DNA from: an uncultured Verrucomicrobiae bacterium | Lineage (GTDB): Bacteria; Verrucomicrobiota; Verrucomicrobiia; Chthoniobacterales; Chthoniobacteraceae | Reading direction: 5' to 3' | Assembly (NCBI GenBank): GCA_963828525.1 | Contig: CAWHEP010000011.1 | Span: 32,001-96,000 of the forward strand | Length of the DNA stretch: 64,000 bases | Part shown: piece after piece, positions 40,501 to 49,492 of the stretch | How positions within the stretch are numbered: the stretch's first letter is position 1 | How the letters are laid out: the number at the start of each line of letters is the position of its first letter | Position numbers and translations under genes: made by a program | Notes under the pieces: model-generated | What the model saw: only the letters and a program-made list of their open reading frames with translations | What the model was told of the DNA's origin: nothing | The model's database searches: none

Positions 40501-42758
40501 CGCCGGCGAAACCGAGCATCGCGGGTGCTTCCACCGGCAACCCCTCCGTCATGGAGAACTCCACCGTTGTCTCGGAAAGCAAGTCGAAGGGATTCGACCG
40601 TTTGCCCGGTTCGGTAGAGCAGGCGCCCTTCCGGCGCGAGACAGGTAGCATACGGACTGCGCGCTTCGATCCGCTCGATTTGCCCGGTGGACATCCGGTA
40701 AAAACACGGGGGCCCGAAGTTGGTACTGGATTAGCAGTTTGTCTCCAAAAGCGTCGAGCGCGGAGATGTGTCCCCTCGCGCGCGCGCCGCTAAACGGAGG
40801 TCTGACGCTCCCCGGGTTGAAGCTGTGGTCCGAAGGGAGGGGAACAACGCAGTAGCGCGGGGCCTTGACCGGCGTTAAGCCCTTGAACATCGGTTCCTCG
40901 GGCGAGGGCGCCAGTCCCCAGGGCGGACCCTCCGCCGCCTGGGGCAGACGCGGCGCCGCCGGTGCGCCCTCCGGGGGAGCGGCGGGTATTATCAGGGCCT
41001 TCTGCACCCGGGCGCGATCTCCTAGATCGGTCATGAGTTGCTCGAGTCCGCTGTTGATTTGCTGCAGGTCGCTCTCGACCAGCGGCGGCCTGAAAAGGTC
41101 GCCTGCCAGCGGCCAGAGGGCTGCGAGGAACCGTAACTTGATCTCCGGTTCCGCCCTGCCCTTGAGCAGGGTGACAAGCCATGCGGCAACGGCGCGGCGG
41201 CCCTGCTTGGACGCCCCGGCCTTATCGAGCTTCTTGACCATAACCGGCGTCTGGTCTATGAGCACGAGGTAAAACTCGCTTAGCAGCCTGTCCAGCTCGG
41301 CGGGAAGTTGTGAGTTGGTGGGAAGCAAGGCTTCCCAGCTCATCCAGTCGTACCCAGATGCAGCCCACAGGTTCACGAGGTAATCCGCTCCGGTGAAGAA
41401 GAGCGCCGGATCATAGTCAGGATCTTGCGTGAGACGCTTGAGTTGGGTGACGCACTCGGCGGCCAGCTCAAGTCGATCGTCCGGCGTCGCTCCCGGCGAG
41501 CATCCCGCGTCGAGCAACGTCCGGAGCAGTTGCAACCGGGCGTTTTCAGGATCGAAAAAACAGGCGATCTCCAGCATGCGCCAGCAGTATTGGATCTTCT
41601 GTCCCCAAATGGCTGTTCCATCACGGGACGGACGACGCTCTTGCTATGATCCACTTGCCGGAAGGCCCGGGTGACGGTCTCGGGCAGATCAGGCTTTTTC
41701 GTGAAGAAGCCGGCGTTAATCCAATCGCAAAGATGATCGAAGATCGCCGCCGCCATCTGCCTTCCGGACTCCGGGGCGGCGGTTGTGTTCCTGCTCGCGA
41801 CCGCCGCCCGGAGCACGTCCGCCACGAGCGCGCCGCTCTCCTTCTCGAAATCCTTCACCGCGAAGGCGCGCGTGAAGCGCCTCGGTTCTTTTCCGCCCAT
41901 CACGAGGAACAGCTCGGTTTCGACCTGGATATCCTCGAACACCGTCATCTTGTTTGGCGCGAGCTCGTGGTAGCTGCCCCAGATGTAGCCGGTGGCGGCC
42001 GTTTGCCAGACACCGGGATCGGCGTCGGTGAGGCCGAGGAGGCTCAGGCCCTGCTCGCGCAACGCTTCTCCGGCGCCGCGAAAGCGAAGGACGGTCGTGC
42101 CTGGGAACGATCCCGATACCACCGCGAGCTTCTCGACCAGGAGTGACTCCCAGGCATCGAGCCGCGGACTGGCGCCCGAGTTGGCGAAAAAAAGAGGCGC
42201 GAGCGTGATGCCGGCCGCGGCCCGCGCGCGAGCTTTCAAGGCATCCGTGAGAAGATTCCGCGCCATCTCGGCGCACCGTTCGAGAATCAACGGGTTGAGG
42301 CCCTTGCGCTCCCGGCGCGGGTCGTCGTCGAAAGGCATATCTTGCGACGCCAGGAGGCTGGCGTTGGTGAGGTCGGTGACTTCGAAAAAGAGGTGACGGC
42401 GGTAAACCAGCGCGCCACTTTCGGTTTTCTCCCAACCCGCCCGAGAGTATCGGCCACGAATGAGCAGATCGGCCTTCAACAGCCTGCCAATGGCGACAGC
42501 CGAGGCATCGCCGGCTGGGGAAAGTCGGAAATGGGTCTCCGCCAAGAGTTTGTCCAGTTCCGCCCGCTCCACCCAGATAACCCCTGGAGAATCGCCCATC
42601 TGGCTCTGAATATAGGCTGTAACCGCCGAGCCATCTTCCTTGTCGGTGACCACGTCCGCCGCCAGGGGGAGAATCACAACGCGCGGGGCGGTCTCCGCGC
42701 GCCCGGCGGCCTGCGCGAGCAGGAGAAAGATGAGAGCCGGCAAAAAACGAAACGGCAT
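37573..42758 (-). CDS. Giant exported protein (~1,730 aa): signal peptide, two CsgG/HfaB-like domains, helical and beta-rich regions, multiple ankyrin repeats (about 4 frameshifts)
   Basis: MPFRFLPALIFLLLAQAAGRA; WVERAELDKLLAE..AVAIGRLLKADLLIRG; ankyrin units GATPLAAAA, RTPLIAAAEVGDLGMVKLLLKHGA, GMTPLHNAV; ORFs 41373-42959, 40549-41577, 40443-40694, 37715-40651 and 37573-37869 overlap consecutively. Confidence 0.8.
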
Positions 42759-42867
42759 GGGAAGTAAAATATCAACGGGACGCCGCGGGCGCGAGGTTCC
42801 ATTGCATCTTTTGGCGATTCGCGCGTAGAGGGTGCGTGTCTCTCCGAAGGATGGGCATAACAAATGA

Positions 42868-42896
42868 GACGGGCGGGCGTGGAAAATCCTTGGCGG
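42868..42896 (-). promoter_or_regulatory. Putative ECF promoter facing the giant ankyrin gene: CCGCCAAGGAT-N14-CGTC
   Basis: Minus strand reads CCGCCAAGGAT tttccacgcccgcc CGTC; same motif and spacing as the plus-strand copy. Confidence 0.65.
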
Positions 42897-42928
42897 AAAT
42901 CGGACGACAGCCCGATAATCAAAAAAAA

Positions 42929-42957
42929 CCGCCAAGGATCGACGACATCCAAGCGTC
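42929..42957 (+). promoter_or_regulatory. Putative autoregulatory ECF promoter: CCGCCAAGGAT-N14-CGTC
   Basis: CCGCCAAGGAT cgacgacatccaag CGTC, ending 7 nt before the sigma ATG at 42965 (leaderless geometry). Confidence 0.7.
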
Positions 42958-42964
42958 ATCAGGG

Positions 42965-43533
42965 ATGGAACAACGAATGGAGGCCCCCCGCGATGAAATC
43001 GACGAAGCCGGCCTTATCCAATCCGCCGCTGGCGGCGACGCGGAAGCCTTCACGGAACTGTTCAACCGATATTATGCAATGATCCACGCGTTCGCCTATC
43101 GCCTCACACTGTGCGGCAGTGATGCAGGGGATGTCGCGCAGGAGACATTCATAAAGGCCGCCAGGGCGCTCCCGGGCTTTCGGCGGGAATCATCATTTAA
43201 GAACTGGCTGTATCGCATCGCGCTGAACGCCGCGGAGGATCTCCGGCGGCGCAACGCCAGGCACTCGCGCCTGGCCGGTGAACTGGCATCCGCGGCGGCG
43301 AGATCGAGCATCCGCGGGATCATACGCGCCTGGCGGAGGCGCTTGCCGCCTTGGCGGGTGATTTGCGGCAGGCGATCGTGCTGGTCTATTATGAAGGGTT
43401 GAATCATGCCGAGGCGGCGCGCATCCTCGGCTGCGCGGAAACCACGGTCTCGTGGCGGGTGTTCCAAGCCAAACGCCGCTTGCGCAAGACGCTCCAAACG
43501 GCGGGCGGGCAGTTCCCCGGGGGCACTTCATGA
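42965..43533 (+). CDS. ECF RNA polymerase sigma factor (frameshift near 43300)
   Basis: GDAEAFTELF.RY, DVAQETFIKA, SSFKNWLYRIALN; next frame LRQAIVLVYYEGLNHAEAARILGCAETTVSWRVFQAK. Confidence 0.93.
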
Positions 43534-44165
43534 AAGAAAACGATCCCCTGACCGCCGAAATGTCAAAGCTGCGGGTGCCGCCGCCCAAGCCCGCGGCGCG
43601 GGAACACGCATTGCACGGGGCAAGGATGGCGCTGCGGCAGAGTCCGGCTTTCGAAGCGGCGGTCTCTTCCCAGGGAAAGGGCCGGAGTTTCGTATTGAAT
43701 CGGGGGATCACCGGGTTGCTGACGGCCTTGGCGGCGTTGATCGTGGCGGTCGTTGTCTGGCGTCCGGAAAGGTCCGGTCAAATCGAGGCGCTCGACGCTC
43801 GCTCAACCGAGATCGACCGGACAGTGCTCGGCCAGATCGAGGCGCTGTTCGGTCCCCGGTTAAAGGCGGTGGTGGAGGGGCCCAGAGCGGTGCCCGATGT
43901 CCTGCTGTCGGACGATGCGCAGGGGGATGCCGGACTTTTGCAACCGGTCCTCATCGAGTTCAGGCGGGCCGGAGAGACCGTGCGCGTGCTGGGCTATAGC
44001 GGGCGCGCAGTTTGCATTCAACTTTCAGGGCGCCAGACCCGCTTCGAGCCGCTTGCAACCGGCGATGGCGAGGTGATCCTCTCCGGCGAGGGCTTCTGCT
44101 GGACTCCACGGGACCGGGAACTCTCCGGGTATCGCGTCGCAGCCACGCTGCTCTCGAAATCATGA
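43530..44165 (+). CDS. Putative single-TM anti-sigma factor
   Basis: ATGA overlap with the sigma gene; short N-terminal region, one TM (GLLTALAALIVAVVVW), extracytoplasmic C-terminus. Confidence 0.7.
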   Translation: MKENDPLTAEMSKLRVPPPKPAAREHALHGARMALRQSPAFEAAVSSQGKGRSFVLNRGITGLLTALAALIVAVVVWRPERSGQIEALDARSTEIDRTVLGQIEALFGPRLKAVVEGPRAVPDVLLSDDAQGDAGLLQPVLIEFRRAGETVRVLGYSGRAVCIQLSGRQTRFEPLATGDGEVILSGEGFCWTPRDRELSGYRVAATLLSKS

Positions 44166-45070
44166 GAACGGTCTTCCTGTTGCTCCTGCTGCTTGGCTGG
44201 AATGGGTTCCGCCTCGCCGCCGCGGATACGCCGGCCGTGACGGTGCGTTGCTTCAGCCCCGCCGAGGGTGCGGCAAAGTGGATAAATCCTTCTATCTGCC
44301 TCTTCGGAGACCAACCGATCACATTCGATGCCGAGGTAACGGCGCCGCTGGGCAGCAGACTGGCTGTTTACGCCGATCTTTACCAGACAAGCGCGGGCGG
44401 CTGGTCGGTGGCGCTTTCGAAGAATCTCCGGCTCTCCCCGGTCCTGCAGTTCGATGCGCGCACGCAGTTGATCGCCCCGTGCGCGCTACCCAATCTGCCC
44501 GCGGTGCGCGGTCCCACGCGGATGTTGCTGAAGCTCTCCGTTCGCGCGCAGGGGACGCCCGATTCCGCGCGGCCGATGGGTACGGTGGACCTGCTGGTAT
44601 TCCCGCGGCAGAAGCCTGGTGAATGGAAAGATTTATTCGCCACGACTCTCGCGCGGCACGGGCTGGCTCGTCTGGCCCTATTCGGGAAGGAAGAGGCGTT
44701 GCGCCGATTCTTCCGGCGGCAGCAAATTTCTTTCGACGACTTGGGCGCGGATTGGCCCGAGGCGCTCGATCCACACATTCTCTACCTGGGTGACTTTCCT
44801 CCGGCGAAACCGGATCAGTCGCCCTCGCTCACAGGCGCGCATATTGCGCTGTTTCTCCCGAATTCGGCTGGTTCTCGTGCGCTGCCGGGCGTTTACTCGG
44901 CGACGGATCCTGCGGGGGGCGCGGTAGTGAAAGTGACACTCTCGGACGTGCTCGATCGATTGAACGATGATCCCCGCAGCCAGCAAACCCTTCTCGAAAT
45001 CGTCGGTCAAGCGCTGAATGCCCAGGTTCCGCTGCCGGACGCAAATCCAATGCCGCCCTCAATCCCATGA
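44162..45070 (+). CDS. Exported hypothetical protein
   Basis: Signal peptide MRTVFLLLLLLGWNGFRLAAA; overlaps both neighbours by ATGA. Confidence 0.75.
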   Translation: MRTVFLLLLLLGWNGFRLAAADTPAVTVRCFSPAEGAAKWINPSICLFGDQPITFDAEVTAPLGSRLAVYADLYQTSAGGWSVALSKNLRLSPVLQFDARTQLIAPCALPNLPAVRGPTRMLLKLSVRAQGTPDSARPMGTVDLLVFPRQKPGEWKDLFATTLARHGLARLALFGKEEALRRFFRRQQISFDDLGADWPEALDPHILYLGDFPPAKPDQSPSLTGAHIALFLPNSAGSRALPGVYSATDPAGGAVVKVTLSDVLDRLNDDPRSQQTLLEIVGQALNAQVPLPDANPMPPSIP

Positions 45071-46036
45071 ATATGAAGCGATCCAAACTTGTTTTTCCTT
45101 TGCGCCTGACCTTTCTCGCGCTCTTCACCCTGTTCCCAATGCTGATGCGCTCCACTGCTGCTCAGACGCCTCAGCCCCTGGCTGCCGCGGTTCTCGATTT
45201 CAACACCGGCGAGGACCTGAAGGGAAAAGGGGAGGAGGCGGCAACGCTGTTAAACGCGCGGCTCTCCGCGACCGCTCCTGACGTGGTGCTGGTCGAGCGC
45301 CAGGAACTCGAGAAAATCCTTGGTGAGCAGGAACTCGGCGCCTCCGGCACCGTGACGCAGGACACGGCGGCGAAGGTCGGCTCCCTGACGGGAGCCAAGG
45401 TGCTCATCACGGGCCGCCTGTTCAATGCGGGCGACAAGTTTTACATGGTCGCAAAGATCATGAGCACCGAGACCGGCCGCGTTTATGGCGAGATCGCCAC
45501 GTTTACCGACCCGTCCGCGCTGGATAAGGCGGTCGCGGATATTGCATCCAAGATCGCCACGGATCTCAAAACGCGCGCCATACCCTGGTGGCGAAGGTGG
45601 AGGACCCGGCTACCCGCCTCGAGCGCCTGAAGAAACTCGTGGCTGGCCACACGCCCCTGCCCAGCGTCAGCGTCGTCATCCCCGAGCAGCACCTCCGTGC
45701 AATGGTCGTCGATCCCGCGGCGCAGACGGAAATCAAGCTCCTACTTCAGCAAATCGGCTTTGAGGTGATCGATCCAGAGCCGGCCAACCGCCAGGCGGAC
45801 GTGCAGATCGCGGGCGAGGCTTTCAGCGAATTCGCGGGTCGGCACGGAAACCTCCTCAGTTGCCGTGCGCGCGTGGAGATCCGCATGAGCCGCCTCGGAA
45901 CGAGCAAACTGCTCCTCGCCGACCGCGAGACTGCCGTGGCGGTGGACGTGGCCGAGGATATGGCGGGCAAGGCAGCGCTGGAACGCGCTGCAGCCAGACT
46001 TTCGATCGCATCGTGCCAAAGCTCATCTCTGAATAG
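45067..46036 (+). CDS. CsgG/HfaB-like domain exported protein (frameshifts near 45570 and 46000)
   Basis: AAVLDF, LVERQELEKILGEQELGASGTV...AAKVGSLTGAKVLITG; continues in ORF 45588 and ends FDRIVPKLISE*. Confidence 0.85.
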
Positions 46037-46305
46037 GAGTCGTCTCCTCCTAATGCGCATCAGGACGCTAGCGCCGCCCGCCATCCCAGGACGCTCTGGA
46101 AATTGGGCGGACGCGGTTCATCGAAAAGGAAGTATTCGACATACTTGATGATCCCTCGGCCCCGTGAAGTCCGGCTGGCAGACCTTGGAATGGCTGCCAG
46201 GTGCGCCTGTAGTCGTGGTATCGAGGTGCGACAAAAATCCATCTCGCGTTCTGCCCTGATACGTTCCGCTCACAACAGAAGACCAAGAGCCACGATCGAA
46301 CTCAA

Positions 46306-46954
46306 ATGACCGTTGCCGTATGTCTGAAATGTGGTGCGATGAAGCATGGCGCTTGGTCGCGCTGCGCTAAATGTAGACACGATCCAAAGGACTTGGAGGA
46401 CAGGGTAAAGCATATGCTGACTTCTGACAACCACTTCACGCCGTTCGATCTGGAGGACATCTCTACGAGGGTGCGGACTGGTCAACCGCTGGAATTTAAC
46501 TCGGAAACGGTAATGGCGGCCGTAACAACGCTTAAGGATGGGCAGGGCGTCGTCGCTCTCCTTCGGTGGCTCTGGAAGAACCCACAACGGATGGCGTTGG
46601 AGGAGATTTCAAGCAACAATCGCGGCCCAATCAATTTCAGCCAACTCTGCGCCCTACTCACGGTATTTACGAGTGCATTGCTCGGTGGCATTTGTGCTTC
46701 CCCAGAAGCGATGGGATGGTTAAAGCTGTTCTTTGTGCTCGGTGGGAGCGTCGCTGGCTTTCTATGCGGATGGTGCTGTGCTCACGCTCTCGGGAAAATA
46801 AATTACACTATTAGACGCGGTGGTGAAGTGTCAAAATCATGTGCGAGCCTGGGGGTTGTTTTGCTTATGTGAGCTCGTAGGCATATTCTCAATCGCGGCG
46901 GGAGTAATTTCTACAATGAGTATCATTCATTTTGTGTTTCATGCTGGGAGGTAG
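46306..46954 (+). CDS. Hypothetical protein: N-terminal CxxC..CxxC Zn-ribbon plus C-terminal TM helices (probable frameshift near 46853)
   Basis: AVCLKCGAMKHGAWSRCAKC; removing one G from GGGGG extends a final TM helix to the TAG at 46954. Confidence 0.65.
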
Positions 46955-47167
46955 GGATAGACCCAAAATCCCGATCCTGGTGACGCGCGACTTATAGCAT
47001 TGCGTGCTTAAAGTGCCCTCTCTCACGGAAAGCTCGCTAGATTTCGTCCGGACGAAACGCCGCGCGGTGCGGGTGTCCTTGGCACGAGCAGTTGCCGTAT
47101 TTGCATTCGACGGCTCCTCTATCCATCGAAGGTTGAATCCAACCCGGAACATCATAGGGTTTCGATT

Positions 47168-47398
47168 ATGCCGATAACATTGGAACAAATTGTTGAAGAA
47201 GCGCGCCACTGGCCGCCTGAAAAGGTCGGGGAGCTGGTCGAGCGGCTCACCGAGGGGCTACCTTCCTCAAACCCTGAGACAGAGGCTGCTTGGAAACGAG
47301 AAGCGCGCCGCCGCTTGGCGGAGATCGAGAGTGGCACGGTTCGAGCCGTGGAAGGAGAGCAGGTCTCGGCACGCGTTCGCCAGATCGTTAGCGGTTGA
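47168..47398 (+). CDS. Putative addiction module antitoxin component (TIGR02574-like)
   Basis: LVERL..L....EAAW.REARRRLAEIESG.V....EQV. Confidence 0.88.
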   Translation: MPITLEQIVEEARHWPPEKVGELVERLTEGLPSSNPETEAAWKREARRRLAEIESGTVRAVEGEQVSARVRQIVSG

Positions 47399-47690
47399 AG
47401 CGGTACGCCTTTCACCTTGAGGCGGATGAGGAATATGCGCTTGCCGCGGAGTATTATGCTGGGATCGAGCCAGAACTGGGCAGGCGTTTCCACGACGAGA
47501 TCGAACGCCTTATCCTCGACGTTCGGCGTCAACCTCAGCGTTTCAGGCCATATGACGCGACGATTCGTCGGCACTTTTCTGACGTGTTTCCTTACGCGCT
47601 GCTGTATGTCGATGCACCCGACCGCGTGCTCATCATTGCGGTTATGCACATGAAGCGAACCCCGGCTAGTGGCGCGACCGACTTGTCTGA
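47395..47690 (+). pseudogene. RelE/ParE family toxin with damaged C-terminus
   Basis: FHLEADEEY..A.EYY, LGRRF, FPYALLY, IIAVMHMKR; the expected PGYW tail is shifted by one base and reads PG*WRDRLV. Confidence 0.75.
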
Positions 47691-47773
47691 AGGCAGATTG
47701 GACCCAGTCACTGGCGCTTTAATTCGCTTGCGGCAGGCCCTTCCGGTGGCAGAATCTCCCATCCTTCCCTTAT

Positions 47774-47847
47774 GTGCTCATAGCTCAGCTGGATAGAGCA
47801 ACGGATTTCTAATCCGTAGGTCGTTGGTTCGAATCCAACTGGGCGCA
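47774..47847 (+). tRNA. tRNA-Arg (anticodon TCT), CCA not encoded
   Basis: Acceptor GTGCTCA/TGGGCGC, D-arm GCTCAGCTGGATAGAGC, anticodon arm ACGGA-TTTCTAA-TCCGT, T-arm GTTGG-TTCGAAT-CCAAC. Confidence 0.97.
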
Positions 47848-47930
47848 GTCCTCTCTAAAAGGTGAGACGAGGAATGGGGGTGCTGCTTGGCCTTGGCAGT
47901 TCTTCGGCGATGGTGTTCAATCCCGGTATC

Positions 47931-48206
47931 ATGCGCGTCCTCATTCTTTTGATTTGCGGGGTTGTCCTTTTGGTCGCCGCCGTGGGTTTCCAGTATAATG
48001 CGGGAGAGTGGGCAACGAGCTATATTGCCGATGCTAGAGGCCAGGGAGCGAGATTCCTGCGCAAAGATCCGGAGACGGCCAAGACTTACCTCTACGTGGG
48101 TGACCAAATGAGGGTTATAGGCATCATCCTTATCTCGATCGCCGCATTTTGCTGGATCAGGGAACCGGGATGTTCGCGAGCGCTGAGGCGTGAAGGCGAT
48201 GCGTAG
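47931..48206 (+). CDS. Small two-TM hypothetical protein
   Basis: MRVLILLICGVVLLVAAVG...MRVIGIILISIAAFCW. Confidence 0.5.
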   Translation: MRVLILLICGVVLLVAAVGFQYNAGEWATSYIADARGQGARFLRKDPETAKTYLYVGDQMRVIGIILISIAAFCWIREPGCSRALRREGDA

Positions 48207-48708
48207 TCTTCGGGAAGTTGCAACGGGCGGTTTTGAGCAGCTAAAGAAAATCGGAGGCGGGCCGCGATTTGTCGCGGGTGGCGCGGCGATTGGGATGTTC
48301 TGGGGGTTCACGCCTCTTACGGGACTTAAGACGCTGCTGGCCGTGTTCTCCGCATGGGTTTTGCGGCGTAGCAAGGTTTCGGCGGCTCTCGCGATCGCTT
48401 TCCATGATCTCTTGACGCCTCTCTGGCCTTTGATCCTGCGATGGGAATATGATCTGGGTTACTGGATGTTGAGCAATCCGCACAGGCTGCCGAAGCGGGT
48501 GAGCTTTGAGGGCCTGCACATCCGAAACTGGTTTCATCTGAAGACGCTCACGATCCTGTGGCCGACGTTTATGGGATCACTCGTGTTTGCCATTCCAATG
48601 AGCGTTATCACTTATTGGGTTGTGAGGATTTCACTGGAGCGTGGCGCGAAATCGATGGAGCAGGGTTCTCTTACACCCGCAGAGGAGGGACCCACCTCGA
48701 CGCTATGA
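48190..48708 (+). CDS. DUF2062 domain membrane protein
   Basis: PRFVAGGAAIGMFWGFTPL.G.KTLLA, EY.LGYW, PTFMGSLV. Confidence 0.85.
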   Translation: MKAMRSLREVATGGFEQLKKIGGGPRFVAGGAAIGMFWGFTPLTGLKTLLAVFSAWVLRRSKVSAALAIAFHDLLTPLWPLILRWEYDLGYWMLSNPHRLPKRVSFEGLHIRNWFHLKTLTILWPTFMGSLVFAIPMSVITYWVVRISLERGAKSMEQGSLTPAEEGPTSTL

Positions 48709-49332
48709 GTTTTTCGTTTTCCCGCGAGGTTCGGGGTCTTTAAGCAATTTTTCGAGAATCTTGTACACGGTGACGGAGCGATCCTGTGAAAGCGCGTTAA
48801 GCGCTTCCTGGATGCCCTTCTTCATTACCGTGATTGCATCGTCGGGCTTCGACCGGTCCTGGCGCTGAGTGGGAGGCGCAGGTTTGGGAGGCGCGGACCT
48901 GGGAGAATTGGGGAACTGGATCATTTTCTTGGGTTCCACCGCGGTCGGTGTCCTCTTTTCCTCGGCTACGGGCGCGGGAGTTGGCGAAGATGACGGCGCT
49001 TCCTTCCTGGGTTTCCGAGGCGCCTGAGCTTCAGGCTGCTTCTTGTCGGGAGCGCTTCCGAGAAGATCGTATTTAATGCCCACCACCCGCTTTCCTTCAA
49101 ATGCCTTCAGCGATTTGGGAAACAGGAGCAATTGGCTTGTCCTATCTTTTGTGTACCCGATCTCGCCGTAATCGGTTTGACTTCCAGCGCCTCCGCGGAT
49201 CGTCATCACGCGATGCTCGCGCAGCGCCTTTCCAAACGCGCCGTTCTCTTCGGGCGCCTGCCAGAGGGTGTATGGCTCGGGCTGGCCTGCCACCTTCACT
49301 ACTTCCGAGAAGCGGACGGTCGGGGCGCTCAT
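48703..49332 (-). CDS. Hypothetical protein with Pro/Lys-rich linker
   Basis: 209-aa ORF; globular N-terminus (RFSEVVKVAGQPEPY...RVVGIKYDL). Confidence 0.75.
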   Translation of the reverse strand: MSAPTVRFSEVVKVAGQPEPYTLWQAPEENGAFGKALREHRVMTIRGGAGSQTDYGEIGYTKDRTSQLLLFPKSLKAFEGKRVVGIKYDLLGSAPDKKQPEAQAPRKPRKEAPSSSPTPAPVAEEKRTPTAVEPKKMIQFPNSPRSAPPKPAPPTQRQDRSKPDDAITVMKKGIQEALNALSQDRSVTVYKILEKLLKDPEPRGKTKNS

Positions 49333-49492
49333 GGAAGGTGGGCGTGGAGCGGTTTCACCGGATGGCAGCTTAGGACAGGAAACGTGGGCCTGTCCATGAA
49401 CGTTGCAAGCCTCTCAGGCCGTCTCCAAGGAAAGATTGCCCTTCCGAACAGAAGGCCGTAATCTCCGCATTAACCCCCATCGGCTTCCCACT

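Noticed and set aside
45067..46036. True curli biogenesis locus
   Set aside because: No csgA/B/E/F-like genes or curlin repeats, and no lipobox evident; only the domain fold is shared
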